16,182 nt of DNA from Fonticula alba ATCC 38817 (lineage: Eukaryota > Protista > Nucleariida), in NCBI GenBank assembly GCA_000388065.2, contig KB932203.1; one strand, 5' to 3'. Position 1 is the first letter of the stretch. Each line of letters opens with the position of its first letter. A program made the position numbers and the translations under genes. Shown piece after piece: positions 1-8,465 of this stretch. The notes beneath the pieces were generated by a model. The model made no database searches. It had not been told where the DNA came from and worked only from the letters and a program-made list of their open reading frames with translations.

Positions 1-144
1 GGGCGAGGGGGGGGGGGCGTATATTCCGGGACCCACCTTCTCGGTGGGATCACAGCCCCCCCATCCAGCTTGGCGCACGAAGGAGCACCAGGGGCGCAGC
101 ATAGGAGGCACGCTGCACATGCGCGTGCCCCGGCGCTGCGGGGG

Positions 145-145
<1 letters not shown>

Positions 146-185
<40 letters not shown>
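146..185. repeat. Poly-G homopolymer (G40), G-quadruplex-capable
   Basis: Direct count. Homopolymer length may be inaccurate in the assembly. Confidence 0.9.
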
Positions 186-186
<1 letters not shown>

Positions 187-465
187 GATACAAGGAGCAA
201 AGGCCACCGAGAGGCGACCATTAGATGCGGGTGCCATTGCGACTGGGGGCTGGCACGCGTCCGGTACCCACCCGGCTCGGACGCGCTGTGTCGTCGACGC
301 TGACTTGCTGGTGCATGCGTCCCGGGCACCTGCCTTTTCATATTGGCGGCCTGACGGCATCTAGCGAATCTAAGTTGACCGCCGGCCATGGCATGGTGCT
401 CGCTCGCGCGCGCATGTATGCCGACGCCGTGGATATGGGTTCCTGGTTTCGCCGGTCGTGCCGGT

Positions 466-487
466 CCCCCCCCCCCCCCCCCCCCCC
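466..487. repeat. Poly-C homopolymer (C22)
   Basis: Direct count. Confidence 0.9.
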
Positions 488-570
488 GGCGGTGCGTACG
501 TACCGGCGGTCTCCTGGTCATACATAGTATCTATCGGCCCTAGAGACGCCGTCTCTCACACCGACACGCC

Positions 571-594
571 CACACACACACACACGCACACGCA
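571..594. repeat. (CA)n microsatellite, imperfect
   Basis: cacacacacacacacgcacacgca. Confidence 0.85.
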
Positions 595-1093
595 CTCGGG
601 GTGCTCAACCGCCCCCTTGACCAAGCACGTCTAGATCTCTCGCGGAGTCTCCGGGACCGGGACGCCCGGCGGTCGAGCGGGTGGGAGGGCCCTTCCCACG
701 GGCTGGTGCACATGGTGCGCGGCTCGAGCCGGGGAGACGCGGCCGAGGGGCCGACACGCGGCAATCTAGCCGGCCCTGCGCCCCCTGCCGCCTGGGTGAG
801 GCATCTGGCCGGCCGAAGTGTGCAGGCATCATCATCCACGCGCCGATTGCCGGGCGCCATCTCCCTCAATGCACTCGCCTGGCTTCCCTCCCCCCTCCCC
901 GCCCGCCGAAGGAGGCCATCTGCCTCCCGCCACCTCGTTAGATCTCGCGCGCGGCGAAACTCCCACAGCCCCGCCCTCCTCTCCCTGCCCAACCAGCGGC
1001 GCATTTCAGCTGCCTCCCCAGCGACTGTCCGAGTCTAGCTCGCGGGCCACGAACCATTTGCCTGACTCCAATTCCGTCTCTCTCCCCCCCCCC

Positions 1094-1130
1094 NNNNNNN
1101 NNNNNNNNNNNNNNNNNNNNNNNNNNNNNN
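1094..1130. other. Assembly gap (37 N)
   Basis: N run flanked by C tracts. Confidence 1.
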
Positions 1131-1665
1131 CCCCTGCTCCCCCCCCCCCCCTGCCCCTTTGCCCTGGCTAAGCACTCGGCATCGTCCAGCCTCCTGGTTG
1201 TCGCCTCCCGCTCTGCGTGTCGGCCTCCCTGCCAGTCCCCGCCCCCCGCCCCCCGCCCCCTTCACTCCCTCCCTCCTCACGACCAGCCAGCCCGAGCGCC
1301 CGTTCGCGGTAGTGTCGTGATCAAGAGCAAGAGACTGCGAGCGCGAGCGTGCGCATCCGTCTGTGCGTGTGTGCGTGTGTCCTCTTTCCCACAGACCCAG
1401 TGCAAGAGACCCGCCCTGAGGTGAGCCGGTCAAACCTGACGCCGGACCGACCCCCAAGCCCGACTCGGCTGGCCTACCCCACAGCCGTTGCGTGCGTCAC
1501 CCCTCCCTAGCATCACTGCCCCTTCCTGTGCGCCGGCCATCCTCCTCCCGTCCCTCCTTCTCCCCGGTTGTTGAAAGATCACCCGGCCTCATCATTCGCC
1601 ACCGCCGCCGTCCTCCTCACCCCTGCCACTACTCGTGCTAATGCCACACCGTACTGCTGCTGCTG

Positions 1666-1667
<2 letters not shown>

Positions 1668-1700
<33 letters not shown>
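1668..1700. repeat. (GCC)11 trinucleotide repeat flanked by (GCT)n, upstream of the zinc-finger ATG
   Basis: Direct count. Confidence 0.9.
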
Positions 1701-1702
<2 letters not shown>

Positions 1703-1821
1703 TGCTGCTTCTCCTCCTCAACCCCTTTCCATCGGCCCCGTGGTGAAATCGACGGAAAAAATATCCCGCATACAAACGGCCCAACAACCATCAAGTGCCC
1801 CTGCGGCGCACTTGTTTCACC

Positions 1822-4755
1822 ATGTCCGATCCGCGCATTCACGCGGCCGCGACCTTCCCCTTTCTGCCCAGTGCCAATGAGGCCGGCTCGCCGCGAGCTG
1901 GCCCGGCGGATGTCGCCAGTTCCGAAATGCTGGGCGCCGCGTCGGCCCTGGCTTCGATCCTCTCAACCGCCCCGGCTCCCCAGGCGGTCAGTGGCCCCTT
2001 CCGATCGCCGGCCGACCTCCCCCCCGGTCAGATGGCTGGATCTCTGTCCCCGTCACTGGCACATGGCCAAACCAAGAGCAGCCCGGGCTCCGCGCCGATG
2101 ACCCCCCCAAGCCCGGGCACGGCCGGGCTGGCCACATCGACAGGGGCCGCGACGGCAGGCTCGCCCATGGGAATGGCAGCCGAGCCCGCCGGGCAGCATG
2201 CAAGCCCGGGCCTTCCTCCGCCTGGCATCGCGCCACTCAAGCTGCCGGCGACCGAGCCGAATGCCCCCAGCGCCGGGGCCGCGGCCCCGTCCATCCTCGA
2301 GTGCGCCAGCTGCCTGTACGATGAGGCGCTCATTCACCTGGGCGACGAGTGCCCGGTGTTCACTTGCCCCCTGCCGGCGGCGCCTCGGTGCCCGGGGTCC
2401 AGCTCGGTGTCCAGCTCCGCCACGCGCTTCCGCTCGATCAGTCAGTTTGTGCGTCACGTCCGCCGGGCGCATGTGGCCGAGCGGGACCTCTGGCTGTCGC
2501 ACGCCGTCCGGCGGATGCTCTGGCGTCAGCAGGTCCACCCGTCGGTCCCGCCGGCCGGGGCTTTCCTCCCCTACCAGCGCGGGGCATCCGGGTCGGGCCT
2601 CACCTCGCCCATGGACAGCGGCTTGTCAGGCACGGCCGCCGGGGCCAGCGCCCCGGGTAGCGCGCGCGCACGCAAGCCCAAGAAGAAGCAGCCCCTCTCC
2701 CCGGGCCACATGGCCCTGGCCAATGCCCTGATTGAGGTGGCCAACCGGGCGGCCAGTGAGGTCGGCGCGTCGATCCCGCCCAGCCCCTCGGCATCCTCGG
2801 CATCCTCGGCCTCCTCGGGCTCCTCGGTCGGGATGGCGCCTGAGCAGGTGGCCCCCGGCCGGCCGATCTTGGCGGCCGGCGTCCTCGACACGCCGCCCTC
2901 CTCCGAGTCGCCGCCCCCGGCCGTGGCCTTGTCGCTGCCGGGGGCCATGCCGTCGGTGGTGGCCCCGACTCCGCAGCCCTCGCTCCCGCCGCAGCCACTG
3001 CACGACACCGCCGCGGCCCAGGCCCAAGCCCAGCGAGATTTGTCCATGCAGATGCAGCTTGCGCAGTTGCTTCAGCTGCACCAGCTCGCGCAGCAGGGCG
3101 CCCCGGTGCTGGGTGTGCCCCAATCGCAGGCGACCGCGGCAGCCGTCGCCGATGCCCCGACGCGCGATGTGCCCGGTGGCCTGCTGGCGCCGGGGCAGCT
3201 GCTTTCGGCCCCGGTCGCCTCATCGGCCGAGGCGTTGGACATCGCCGACCTCATGACCCGGCACCTGGCCAACATCGGCTTCCACGGTGCGTCTGCCGGC
3301 CGGCCTGTGTGCGTGCGCCCCCCTGCCCCGATGTGCGGCTCGATATTGACTCCCATGTGTGTGTGTGCGTGTGTGCGTGTGTGTGTGTATTTGCCAATAC
3401 GCGTGTGCTTGGCCGTCGGGCGACGTGTGTATGTGTGTGTGTATGTGTGTGGCCTGGGAAATCGCCACCCAACAACAAAAATTGCCCCCATATATCCCCC
3501 TCTCGTCGAACATGCAGCCATGGCGGCCAGGACACCGCCGTCAGGCTCCGAAGCTGGTGTCCCTGTGGCGGGAGTGCCTCTGGTGGTGGCGGCCTCTCCG
3601 ACTGGGCACCGGCCGTCTGGCGATGGCCATGGCGATGGCCATGCTCCTGACCAGCAAAGCGGGCTGTCGGACGATGTGAAGCCCGGTCGCGGGCGCGCCA
3701 GCCTGACGCCGGTGCGCCGGGCGCCGGGCACCCGGTCGAACGGCGGGGCGCCCGGCTCCGGATCGCGTGCCTCCTCGGCCGCCCTGTCGGACACGGCCGA
3801 TAGCTCGGGGTCCGGTGATAGCCGGGAAAATTCGCCCATGAGCGGCCCCGGCGGGCCCGGCGGGGGGTCAGACCGGCCTGCCGGCCAGCGGACCAAGCGC
3901 TTCCGCCGGGCCCCGGATCTGATCGACCGGCTGTTTGCCTGCTCGCATGATGGCTGTACCAAGGCCTACGGCACCCTCTCGCACTTGAACACACATGTTC
4001 GGCTCCAGGGCCATGGGTCACCACGGACGCTGCGCGACTTCGATGCGGCCCTACAGGCCCGGCACCAGGCCACTCGCACGGAGTTGGGCGCATCCGGCGG
4101 TGGGAGCCGTGCCTCTCGGGGGGGAGGTGGCCCCTCCCGCACGCCGGCCGATGGCACCGGCTCGGCTGCCGGGACCCCGGGCAGCGGCAGCGCCGGCAGC
4201 CGGGCAACCCCCTCGCCGCGCTCGGCGCCCGGGACCCGGGGCGCGTCGCGCAGGCACCACCCAGCGCGCGACGATTCGCCAGCGGCCCTGGCCGCCAGCC
4301 GGCGTGGGCAACTCGGCGGCGGTGCTGCCACCAACGAAGAGACCTCCGGGCGTCGGTCGGTCCGCGTGCCGGCCCGGTACCAGCACATGTCCCAGGGACA
4401 CCTCCACATGGCCGATGAGGAGGACCCGCCCACGGCTGAGGAGGGTGCTGGGGAGAATGCGGCCGCCGGCGGCGGCGGCGGCGGGGCGGCCCATTCGGCG
4501 GCGCACCCCCGACGCCACCCCGGCCACTCTGAAGACGATGCCGACCACCACCATCGAGGCGACGACGAGGGCGACGATGACGGGGAAGATGACGATGAGG
4601 AGGAGGAGGAGGAGTACCAGCTGGTCCACGCGCACGACATGTCTGGCGAGCAGTTGCTCGAGTCGAGCTCCAGCATGTCCCTCGACCCGGCGCGCATGCT
4701 CTTCCAGGATATCCTCGGCTTCCAGGTGGCGGGCGAGGAGAAGGTCGAGCCTTGA
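1822..4755 (+). CDS. C2H2 zinc-finger transcription factor, CON7-like; exons 1822-3286 and 3518-4755
   Basis: First in-frame ATG is at 1822 in CACCATG context (the track start at 1795 is GTG); stop TGA at 4753-4755. Motif RTKRFRRAPDLIDRLFACSHDGCTKAYGTLSHLNTHVRLQGHGSPRTLRDF at 3889-4041 matches, from recalled family knowledge, the fungal CON7-type finger (KRPRRRYEEIERxYxCxxxGCxKAYGTLNHLNxHVxxQxHG). A second atypical finger lies at 2365-2472. Otherwise low-complexity P/S/A/G sequence with an acidic C-terminal tract. The TG-repeat segment is read as intron 3287-3517 (GTGCGT...CATGCAG, 231 nt, phase 1). Confidence 0.85.
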   Translation: MSDPRIHAAATFPFLPSANEAGSPRAGPADVASSEMLGAASALASILSTAPAPQAVSGPFRSPADLPPGQMAGSLSPSLAHGQTKSSPGSAPMTPPSPGTAGLATSTGAATAGSPMGMAAEPAGQHASPGLPPPGIAPLKLPATEPNAPSAGAAAPSILECASCLYDEALIHLGDECPVFTCPLPAAPRCPGSSSVSSSATRFRSISQFVRHVRRAHVAERDLWLSHAVRRMLWRQQVHPSVPPAGAFLPYQRGASGSGLTSPMDSGLSGTAAGASAPGSARARKPKKKQPLSPGHMALANALIEVANRAASEVGASIPPSPSASSASSASSGSSVGMAPEQVAPGRPILAAGVLDTPPSSESPPPAVALSLPGAMPSVVAPTPQPSLPPQPLHDTAAAQAQAQRDLSMQMQLAQLLQLHQLAQQGAPVLGVPQSQATAAAVADAPTRDVPGGLLAPGQLLSAPVASSAEALDIADLMTRHLANIGFHGASAGRPVCVRPPAPMCGSILTPMCVCACVRVCVYLPIRVCLAVGRRVYVCVYVCGLGNRHPTTKIAPIYPPLVEHAAMAARTPPSGSEAGVPVAGVPLVVAASPTGHRPSGDGHGDGHAPDQQSGLSDDVKPGRGRASLTPVRRAPGTRSNGGAPGSGSRASSAALSDTADSSGSGDSRENSPMSGPGGPGGGSDRPAGQRTKRFRRAPDLIDRLFACSHDGCTKAYGTLSHLNTHVRLQGHGSPRTLRDFDAALQARHQATRTELGASGGGSRASRGGGGPSRTPADGTGSAAGTPGSGSAGSRATPSPRSAPGTRGASRRHHPARDDSPAALAASRRGQLGGGAATNEETSGRRSVRVPARYQHMSQGHLHMADEEDPPTAEEGAGENAAAGGGGGGAAHSAAHPRRHPGHSEDDADHHHRGDDEGDDDGEDDDEEEEEEYQLVHAHDMSGEQLLESSSSMSLDPARMLFQDILGFQVAGEEKVEP
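3287..3517 (+). other. Spliceosomal intron in the zinc-finger gene (231 nt, contains TG microsatellite)
   Basis: Donor GTGCGT at 3287 and acceptor CAG at 3515-3517 preserve the frame (G+CC = Ala). Removal deletes the [10 protein letters not shown] repeat-derived peptide. Confidence 0.7.
3356..3451. repeat. Interrupted (TG)n microsatellite, intronic
   Basis: Two TG-rich blocks, 3356-3388 and 3425-3451. Confidence 0.85.
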
Positions 4756-5066
4756 GGGGTGCGGCCGCGAGGGGCAGGAGCCGAGGCAGGGGCCGGGGAG
4801 GAGGCGGGTGCTGTTGACACTCGGCCGACGAGCGGTCGCCCTCGCAGCGGGGCGACGCGCCTCCCGCCTCCCGCCTCCGGCCTCCCGCCTGCCCTCGCCC
4901 CTCATCTCTTCTCGCGTGTCACCATGTCCCTTCCCTGCTCCCTCCCAGCGGCTGACATGTGCCGGCGCGTGTCTGTCGTCCTTGTGTGAATCCCCCTTAG
5001 TCTCCCTATACATTGCCATGTTGTGACCGTGCATGCGTGAGGGTGAGGGCGCGGGTGAGAGGGGAG

Positions 5067-5260
5067 NNNNNNNNNNNNNNNNNNNNNNNNNNNNNNNNNN
5101 NNNNNNNNNNNNNNNNNNNNNNNNNNNNNNNNNNNNNNNNNNNNNNNNNNNNNNNNNNNNNNNNNNNNNNNNNNNNNNNNNNNNNNNNNNNNNNNNNNNN
5201 NNNNNNNNNNNNNNNNNNNNNNNNNNNNNNNNNNNNNNNNNNNNNNNNNNNNNNNNNNNN
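5067..5260. other. Assembly gap (194 N) between the convergent 3' ends of the zinc-finger gene and ATG5
   Basis: N run. Confidence 1.
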
Positions 5261-5282
5261 AAGAGCCACAGGGCCATGTGCA

Positions 5283-6615
5283 TCAGATGTGTCTAAGAAC
5301 AACATGCACAAACATGTCGGCGTGGCACATGTTGACCATGAGCCACAGGCACGGGGTCGACAGGGGAACCCTGATGCCATGAATGAGGGCGATCAACTCT
5401 GTCCGGATGAAGGGTGCCACGGCGAGTGCAGAGGCAAAGGCGACAGGGAGGGGAGGAGGGAGGGAGGGGGGGGGGGAGTGACGGCAAAAGCAGGGCGGGG
5501 ATGTTAGATAATGCAGGGCGCGTGTGCTCAGCGTCAAGCAGCGCCGCATGGCAGCGGCTCGCGAACGCACTGGTGTTGAGCTTCGCCGCTTCCGAAGGGG
5601 CCACCGCGGTGATGTATTCCCCCAGGGTGGTGGCGCGGCCGGCATCCTCGAGGGTCGGCTTCACGGGCAGGGTGATGCAAGACATGCTCTTGCTCACATA
5701 CAGGCGGAAGGGGAGAAAGGAGGGCGCCTCATGGGAGGGCCGGTCGAAGAACTGCTGCATGACCCCCAGGTAATCCTTGCTGGAGACTGGGTTCACCAGG
5801 GGCCAAGAGAGCCCAGCAACCGGGGGAGGGGGGGGGGGAGGGAGGAGCGGGCAACAGGCTGGTGGAGGACATCGGGGGGGGGACAGATGTAAGCACATGC
5901 GCGCGTGGGGGCACGACGGGGGCACGCGATGGCGGCCTCGCTGGACGCACCGTCCTTCAGAGCGCCGAAGGCCTGGCGCGATACGGAATCCGGCAGCTTG
6001 AAGAAGACCTCCGTGGCACCGTAGGCGAAGTGCTCGGCCATCTTGCAGGAGAACTGCCAGTGGTGCAGGGTGGCGTCCTCCAGCTTGATGGTGGCCTCGA
6101 GCGGGCGCTGTGTCAGGAAGAAGGTGGACTCCTTGCTCTGGGCCGTGTCATAGAGGACTGTCACCAGGAAGGGGAGCTTGAAATTGGGCACCGACGCCCC
6201 GACGTTCAAGCCGGCATCCCCGGGGAAGGGCCGGCAGAGGAGGTCAAAGAGAACGCCCACCGGCCAGCCCAGTGGCAACTGGGTGCCATTGTGCTCGAAG
6301 TGCACATGCTGGCGCTCCAGCACCGGCACGGTCCCATCCTCGGCGGGGGAGGCCAGGCGCTGCAGCAGCGGCTCCACATAGAGCGAGAGGTAGGTGTTCC
6401 GGGGGATGAGGTGCTGTGGGCGGGGGCGGCAGGGTGAGGCTGGGCGCTCGCGGCGGGCGAGGAGGCGGCGAAGACAGCAGGCGAGGAGGCGAGGAGAGGT
6501 GCGCGCGTACGAAGACAGGCTCCGTCGAATCCTGGAAGTGAAAGAGCACCGGCACCCTGCCCTCGAAGCAGGAGCTGAACACCTCCTTGTCGAAGGCCAG
6601 GCTGGTGGAGGACAT
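5283..6615 (-). CDS. ATG5: Autophagy protein 5 (ATG12-conjugation target); exons 6615-6511, 6413-5951, 5786-5571, 5398-5283; 299 aa
   Basis: The spliced product has ATG5 hallmarks: N-terminal FEGRVPVLF...EPVF/HLIPRNTYL (cf. WFGRIP...EPYYLLLPRVSYL); FEHNGTQLPLGWPVGVLFDLL (cf. [21 protein letters not shown]); LPFLVTV (cf. LPWNITV); HWQFSCKMA at the conjugation lysine; LPFRLY; C-terminal KLIALIHGIRVPLSTPCLWLMVNMCHADMFVHVV (cf. [30 protein letters not shown]). Three GT-AG introns (97, 164, 172 nt) join in frame to give 900 nt including the stop. An N-gap lies 20 nt upstream of the ATG, so an extra 5' exon cannot be excluded. Confidence 0.88.
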
Positions 6616-6634
6616 CTCTGGCAACGGGGGGGGG

Positions 6635-6747
6635 NNNNNNNNNNNNNNNNNNNNNNNNNNNNNNNNNNNNNNNNNNNNNNNNNNNNNNNNNNNNNNNNNN
6701 NNNNNNNNNNNNNNNNNNNNNNNNNNNNNNNNNNNNNNNNNNNNNNN
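6635..6747. other. Assembly gap (113 N) just upstream of ATG5
   Basis: N run flanked by G tracts. Confidence 1.
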
Positions 6748-7741
6748 GGGCGGCAAGAAGACAGGCGGTGGAAGCGGCGACCGGGAGGGGGGGGGGGGCA
6801 AGGAGGGGGAGGGATACATGCGCGCCTCGCGGCATCGGCAGGGACATGCACCCGGCTCACATATGCCCACCGCCATCGGAGGCACCCTTCCCGGTGGGTG
6901 CCAGCGGGAAGTCGCGTTTGAAGGCGCTCGCGCGCCAGTTCAAACGACGGGGATCTCTTGCCCGGCGGTGGTGGCCGTGGGGGGGGGGCAGTACGCCCGG
7001 CCCCCCCCCCCTCGCCTCCGGTGGTGCCCGAACGGGGAAGCCACTTGCACCTCGGGCCTGCAACACCCGGCGAGGCGGCGATGTGGCTGTGTTCGGGGGC
7101 GGCCTTTTTCTTGCATCGGGGCCCGCCGTCTCCCGCTCCGGCCCCCTGCTGGGTGCGTGAGCAGGAGACTGTCCGGCGTCGATTCTGACCAGAACGCGCC
7201 GCGTGACCACATGTGATTTGGATCTGCGGCGCTCCGCCCCGCCCCGGGCCCTGGCGCCGGGTGCGCCCCGCACGACGCCCGTGCGTGCGCACATCGCGCT
7301 CGGCCCGTGTGCACGGCGCGCACGGCCCCCCCCCCCCCCCCCAGCCAGCCAGCCTGCGCGAGGCTGTTGTGACACATTCCCTGGCTGGTGTGACTGCGCG
7401 CACGGCACATTCGGGCCCACCGACGCAGCATCCAAGCATGGGTCACGCCGGCATCCCCACGGCTCCCCCTCCAGCCTTCGGGGGTGGGATCCCGGCCCGG
7501 GTGCGCGATCCGCCGCCCTCGCAGCCCCCATCGCCACGCCTCGACACAGCTCACGGCTTGGCCGCGGCCGCCGCGCGCTACTTGGGCCATCTCACGCGGG
7601 TCGTCCTCTCGAGCCCCCGCGCTGCGGCTGGACGGACCGCATCCCCGCCTTGTTGCGCCGCCGTGCGCGCCCCTGCGTCCCCGCTGGTGGGGCAGCCCCT
7701 CCCCCCGCACCGCTCCTCCCAGCCCCCGCCCGCCTCGTTTC

Positions 7742-7742
<1 letters not shown>

Positions 7743-7780
<38 letters not shown>
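7743..7780. repeat. Poly-C homopolymer (C38) in the ATG5/peptidase divergent intergenic region
   Basis: Direct count. Confidence 0.9.
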
Positions 7781-7783
<3 letters not shown>

Positions 7784-8265
7784 ACGCGCCAGCCAGTGCG
7801 GGGCCGGCCCGGGGGAGGCCGGGCGACCTGGTGTGTTTGGCCCACCCTGGTCTGGGCCTTGTTTTGGCGCCGCGGGGCACACTCGCGCGCGCGCGCCAGA
7901 GTCTCCGCTAGCGATCTCTGCCGCCGGCCCGGCTGGCCCGCGCCCGGCGGCGAGTGCACACGCCCGCACTCCGGCCTGGGGGCAGATCCCAGCCACACCT
8001 TCTGCTCCGCGCCTCCCTGGCCCATGGGCGGTCGAGAGGATGTCCAGGCTGTTTGTTGTTGTTTTTTTTTTAATTGCACCGGCGGGAGGGCGGATGCCGG
8101 GGGCACACTTCGGCCGGCATCTTGCGGCCGCCCCCGAGGCTGGTGCGCATCCAGCCCCCCTCCCCCTTCTTTTCATTATTTCCTCCTCCTCCTCCTCCTC
8201 TCGACCCTGCACACATCCCCCCCCCCCCCCCCAATTCCCGCCGGACGTGTCGCACGACCTGCTGG

Positions 8266-8464
8266 NNNNNNNNNNNNNNNNNNNNNNNNNNNNNNNNNNN
8301 NNNNNNNNNNNNNNNNNNNNNNNNNNNNNNNNNNNNNNNNNNNNNNNNNNNNNNNNNNNNNNNNNNNNNNNNNNNNNNNNNNNNNNNNNNNNNNNNNNNN
8401 NNNNNNNNNNNNNNNNNNNNNNNNNNNNNNNNNNNNNNNNNNNNNNNNNNNNNNNNNNNNNNNN
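8266..8464. other. Assembly gap (199 N), probably hiding the peptidase start codon
   Basis: N run. Confidence 1.
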
Positions 8465-8465
8465 C

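Noticed and set aside
1795-4755. 986-aa single-exon protein starting at 1795
   Set aside because: The start is GTG, while the first ATG in good context is 1822. The CVCV segment is best explained as an intron.
3072-5283. Long overlapping ORFs of 284-410 aa on both strands
   Set aside because: Alternative-frame or antisense shadows of the GC-rich zinc-finger CDS; stop codons are rare at this GC content.
6930-6950. GTTCAAAC resembling a tRNA T-loop or B-box
   Set aside because: The flanks do not form a T-stem, and there is no cloverleaf or A-box. Also not a SECIS: no AUGA/GA quartet and not in a 3' UTR.
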